From Armatimonadota bacterium (GTDB lineage Bacteria > Armatimonadota > UBA5829 > DTJY01), in the NCBI GenBank assembly GCA_029907255.1, contig JARYMF010000007.1, positions 105,541 to 169,540 of the forward strand: 64,000 nucleotides of DNA, in the 5' to 3' direction. A program made the position numbers and the translations under genes. Each line of letters begins with the position of its first letter. Within the stretch, counting starts at the first letter, position 1. Positions 62,273-64,000 of the stretch are shown here, piece by piece. The notes beneath the pieces are model-generated. The model was given only the letters and a program-made list of their open reading frames with translations. It was not told the origin of the DNA and ran no database searches.

Positions 62273-63838
62273 ATGGAGGATTTGGAAAAATACACAACGA
62301 GCATAAATGGGGTCTCTGCCGCCGGCATTGTTCGTGAACCTACCTCCACTGTTTTCACTTCATTTTTGCCTCAACTCGATATAGAAACGAAAAACAGTGA
62401 GCATCTAATTCAGCAGGTCGAAGAAATGATGAACCAGCCGTTTCCAGTTTCGGCTGATGTAGTAATTATTGGCGGCGGCCCAGGTGGGTATGTAGCGGCA
62501 ATCCGCGCGGCACAGCTCGGCGGCAAAGTTGTTCTTATAGAAAAGAATGAACTGGGCGGTGTCTGCCTAAACAGGGGCTGCATTCCTACAAAAGCTATGC
62601 TGTCGAGCGCCAACGCTTATGACATTGCCCTCCACGGAGGTTCGGAGTTTGGTTTTACGGTGAACGCAGTTTCATTAGACTACAAAAAGGTTGTAGAACG
62701 CAGAGAAAAAGTCGTCAAGCAGTTGGTATCTGGCTTACATTTCCTAATGAAAAAGCATGGCGTTCGTGTTGTAAAAGGAATGGCGCGCCTCGCTTCTCGC
62801 ACTACCGTTGAGGTAACATTCGAAGACGGCAAAAAAGAAAAAATCGCTGGGCAAAGTATTATTATCGCAACCGGCTCAGAGCCTGTTCAGCTTCCAATTC
62901 CTGGTCTGCAAGGCGAGAACATTTGGGATAGCGATGGCGCCCTTGCGGCTACCGAACTTCCTGGTAGCCTCCTCATCATTGGTGGTGGTGCAATAGGCCT
63001 TGAATGGGGTTATATGTTCCGCAAATTCGGCTCTGAGGTTACGATTGTAGAATTGATGCCTCAAATTCTCCCTGGTGGCGACTCCGAGGTCGCTGAGGAG
63101 CTGAGAAAGTCCCTAGAAAAGATAGGCATTCGAATCCTTACCGATTCTCGCGTTTCGCAGGTCGAAGAAAGGGATAACCAAGTTCTAGCTACTATTGTTT
63201 CTTCGGAATCCCAGCGACAGATTATTGCCGATAAAGTACTGGTAGCAGTCGGACGCCGACCTATCACGGAGAACCTTGGGTTGGAAGAGGTCGGCGTTGC
63301 CTTCGACCTGAAGGGGATTAAAGTGGATGAGCGCATGCAGACCAACATCCCGCGAATTTATGCGATTGGCGATGCGGTCGGTGGAATGATGCTTGCACAC
63401 AAGGCGTCGGAAGAGGGCGTCGTTGCCGCTGAGAACATAATGGGTAGGTCAAGCAAGATGAAATACAACACAGTGCCTTCCGCAGTCTACACCAATCCTG
63501 AAGTCGCAGAGGTAGGAATGACTGAAGACCAAGCCAAGCGCGCAGAAATTAACTACCGCGTTGGCAAGTTTTACTTCCGAGCGAACGGAAAAGCTTTGGG
63601 GCTTGGTGAAACAACTGGATTCGTCAAGTTTATCACGGACCCTAAATACGGTGAGGTTCTTGGTTGCCACATAATTGGTCCTCACGCGACCGATTTAATC
63701 CACGAAGTAGTAATCGGAATGGAAGCAGAGGCAACAATTGACGTAATCGGGCGCGCAGTTCATGCTCATCCAACCCTCTCGGAAGCTATTAAAGAAGCCG
63801 CTCTAGATGCAGATGGCGAATCACTGCACAAAGGATAG
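62273..63838 (+). CDS. lpdA: dihydrolipoyl dehydrogenase (E3)
   Basis: VVIIGGGPGGYVAA and the redox disulfide GGVCLNRGCIPTK, plus the C-terminal HAHPTLSE. GGAGG lies 8 nt upstream of ATG 62273, which gives a 50-aa N-terminal extension. Internal ATG 62426 is an alternative start. Confidence 0.8.
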   Translation: MEDLEKYTTSINGVSAAGIVREPTSTVFTSFLPQLDIETKNSEHLIQQVEEMMNQPFPVSADVVIIGGGPGGYVAAIRAAQLGGKVVLIEKNELGGVCLNRGCIPTKAMLSSANAYDIALHGGSEFGFTVNAVSLDYKKVVERREKVVKQLVSGLHFLMKKHGVRVVKGMARLASRTTVEVTFEDGKKEKIAGQSIIIATGSEPVQLPIPGLQGENIWDSDGALAATELPGSLLIIGGGAIGLEWGYMFRKFGSEVTIVELMPQILPGGDSEVAEELRKSLEKIGIRILTDSRVSQVEERDNQVLATIVSSESQRQIIADKVLVAVGRRPITENLGLEEVGVAFDLKGIKVDERMQTNIPRIYAIGDAVGGMMLAHKASEEGVVAAENIMGRSSKMKYNTVPSAVYTNPEVAEVGMTEDQAKRAEINYRVGKFYFRANGKALGLGETTGFVKFITDPKYGEVLGCHIIGPHATDLIHEVVIGMEAEATIDVIGRAVHAHPTLSEAIKEAALDADGESLHKG

Positions 63839-63901
63839 CGAAGGTTTGCCTTTGGTGCGGGTCGAATATTCAAATAGAATGTTCGGCTTGCGGGGTGATA
63901 T

Positions 63902-64000
63902 ATGAGTCGTTGGACTATTTTCACTACTTCTCTTCTAATTTTGCTCATCTTCTTACTTTGTGTTTCCGGTTGTTCCAAACCCAAACAAGCTCCCTCAGAA
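63902..64000 (+). CDS. 5' end of a lipoprotein gene (partial)
   Basis: MSRWTIFTTSLLILLIFLLCVSGCSKPKQ... shows a signal peptide with lipobox VSGC. It is cut by the window end. Confidence 0.5.
   Translation, partial: MSRWTIFTTSLLILLIFLLCVSGCSKPKQAPSE

Overview
This looks like a 64-kb chromosomal segment of a diderm bacterium, judging from an OprO/P-type porin, lipoprotein signals and an FtsEX / M23 / CtpA envelope cluster. I did not compute GC content and ran no database searches. All calls rest on reading the supplied ORF translations and the DNA by eye. About 60 protein genes and one tRNA are supportable.

Layout:
- 0-9 kb: housekeeping and sugar genes (TlyA-like methyltransferase, nanE, psuG, nitroreductase, MFS transporter, a large secreted glycosidase-like protein, radC).
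- 9-17.6 kb: a TCA gene patch. It holds an LDH-like malate dehydrogenase, a two-subunit class I fumarase, isocitrate dehydrogenase, aconitase and a homocitrate-synthase-family enzyme that context suggests is a Re-citrate synthase. A TrmH-type RNA methyltransferase sits inside the operon.
- 18-25 kb: GH57 branching enzyme, NUDIX and PHP proteins, then a SIS / GNAT / ROK / PIG-L amino-sugar cluster.
- 25.6 kb: tRNA-Glu(CUC), followed by a 3-kb decayed accessory patch. It contains two frameshifted orphan Rhs/YD C-terminal fragments interleaved with small membrane ORFs.
- 28.8-37.7 kb: the most interesting locus. It is a 13-gene minus-strand cluster: 3 NifX-like proteins, 2 ferredoxin-inserted MinD ATPases, Mrp/NBP35, a radical SAM enzyme, a SAM methyltransferase, an MBL-fold protein, a hotdog thioesterase and 3 glycine-rich DUF5320-like peptides. 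A divergent PadR gene and a perfect 26-bp palindrome lie in the shared control region. No nitrogenase structural genes are present.
- 37.7-38.8 kb: a gene desert, next to a possibly chimeric permease/CxxCH ORF and a porin.
- 40.6-49.1 kb: an envelope-remodelling cluster.
- 49.28-49.48 kb: a dense, symmetric array of TGTAGGGT octamers around a perfect hairpin.
- Remainder: carbohydrate and peptidoglycan-recycling genes, and lpd.
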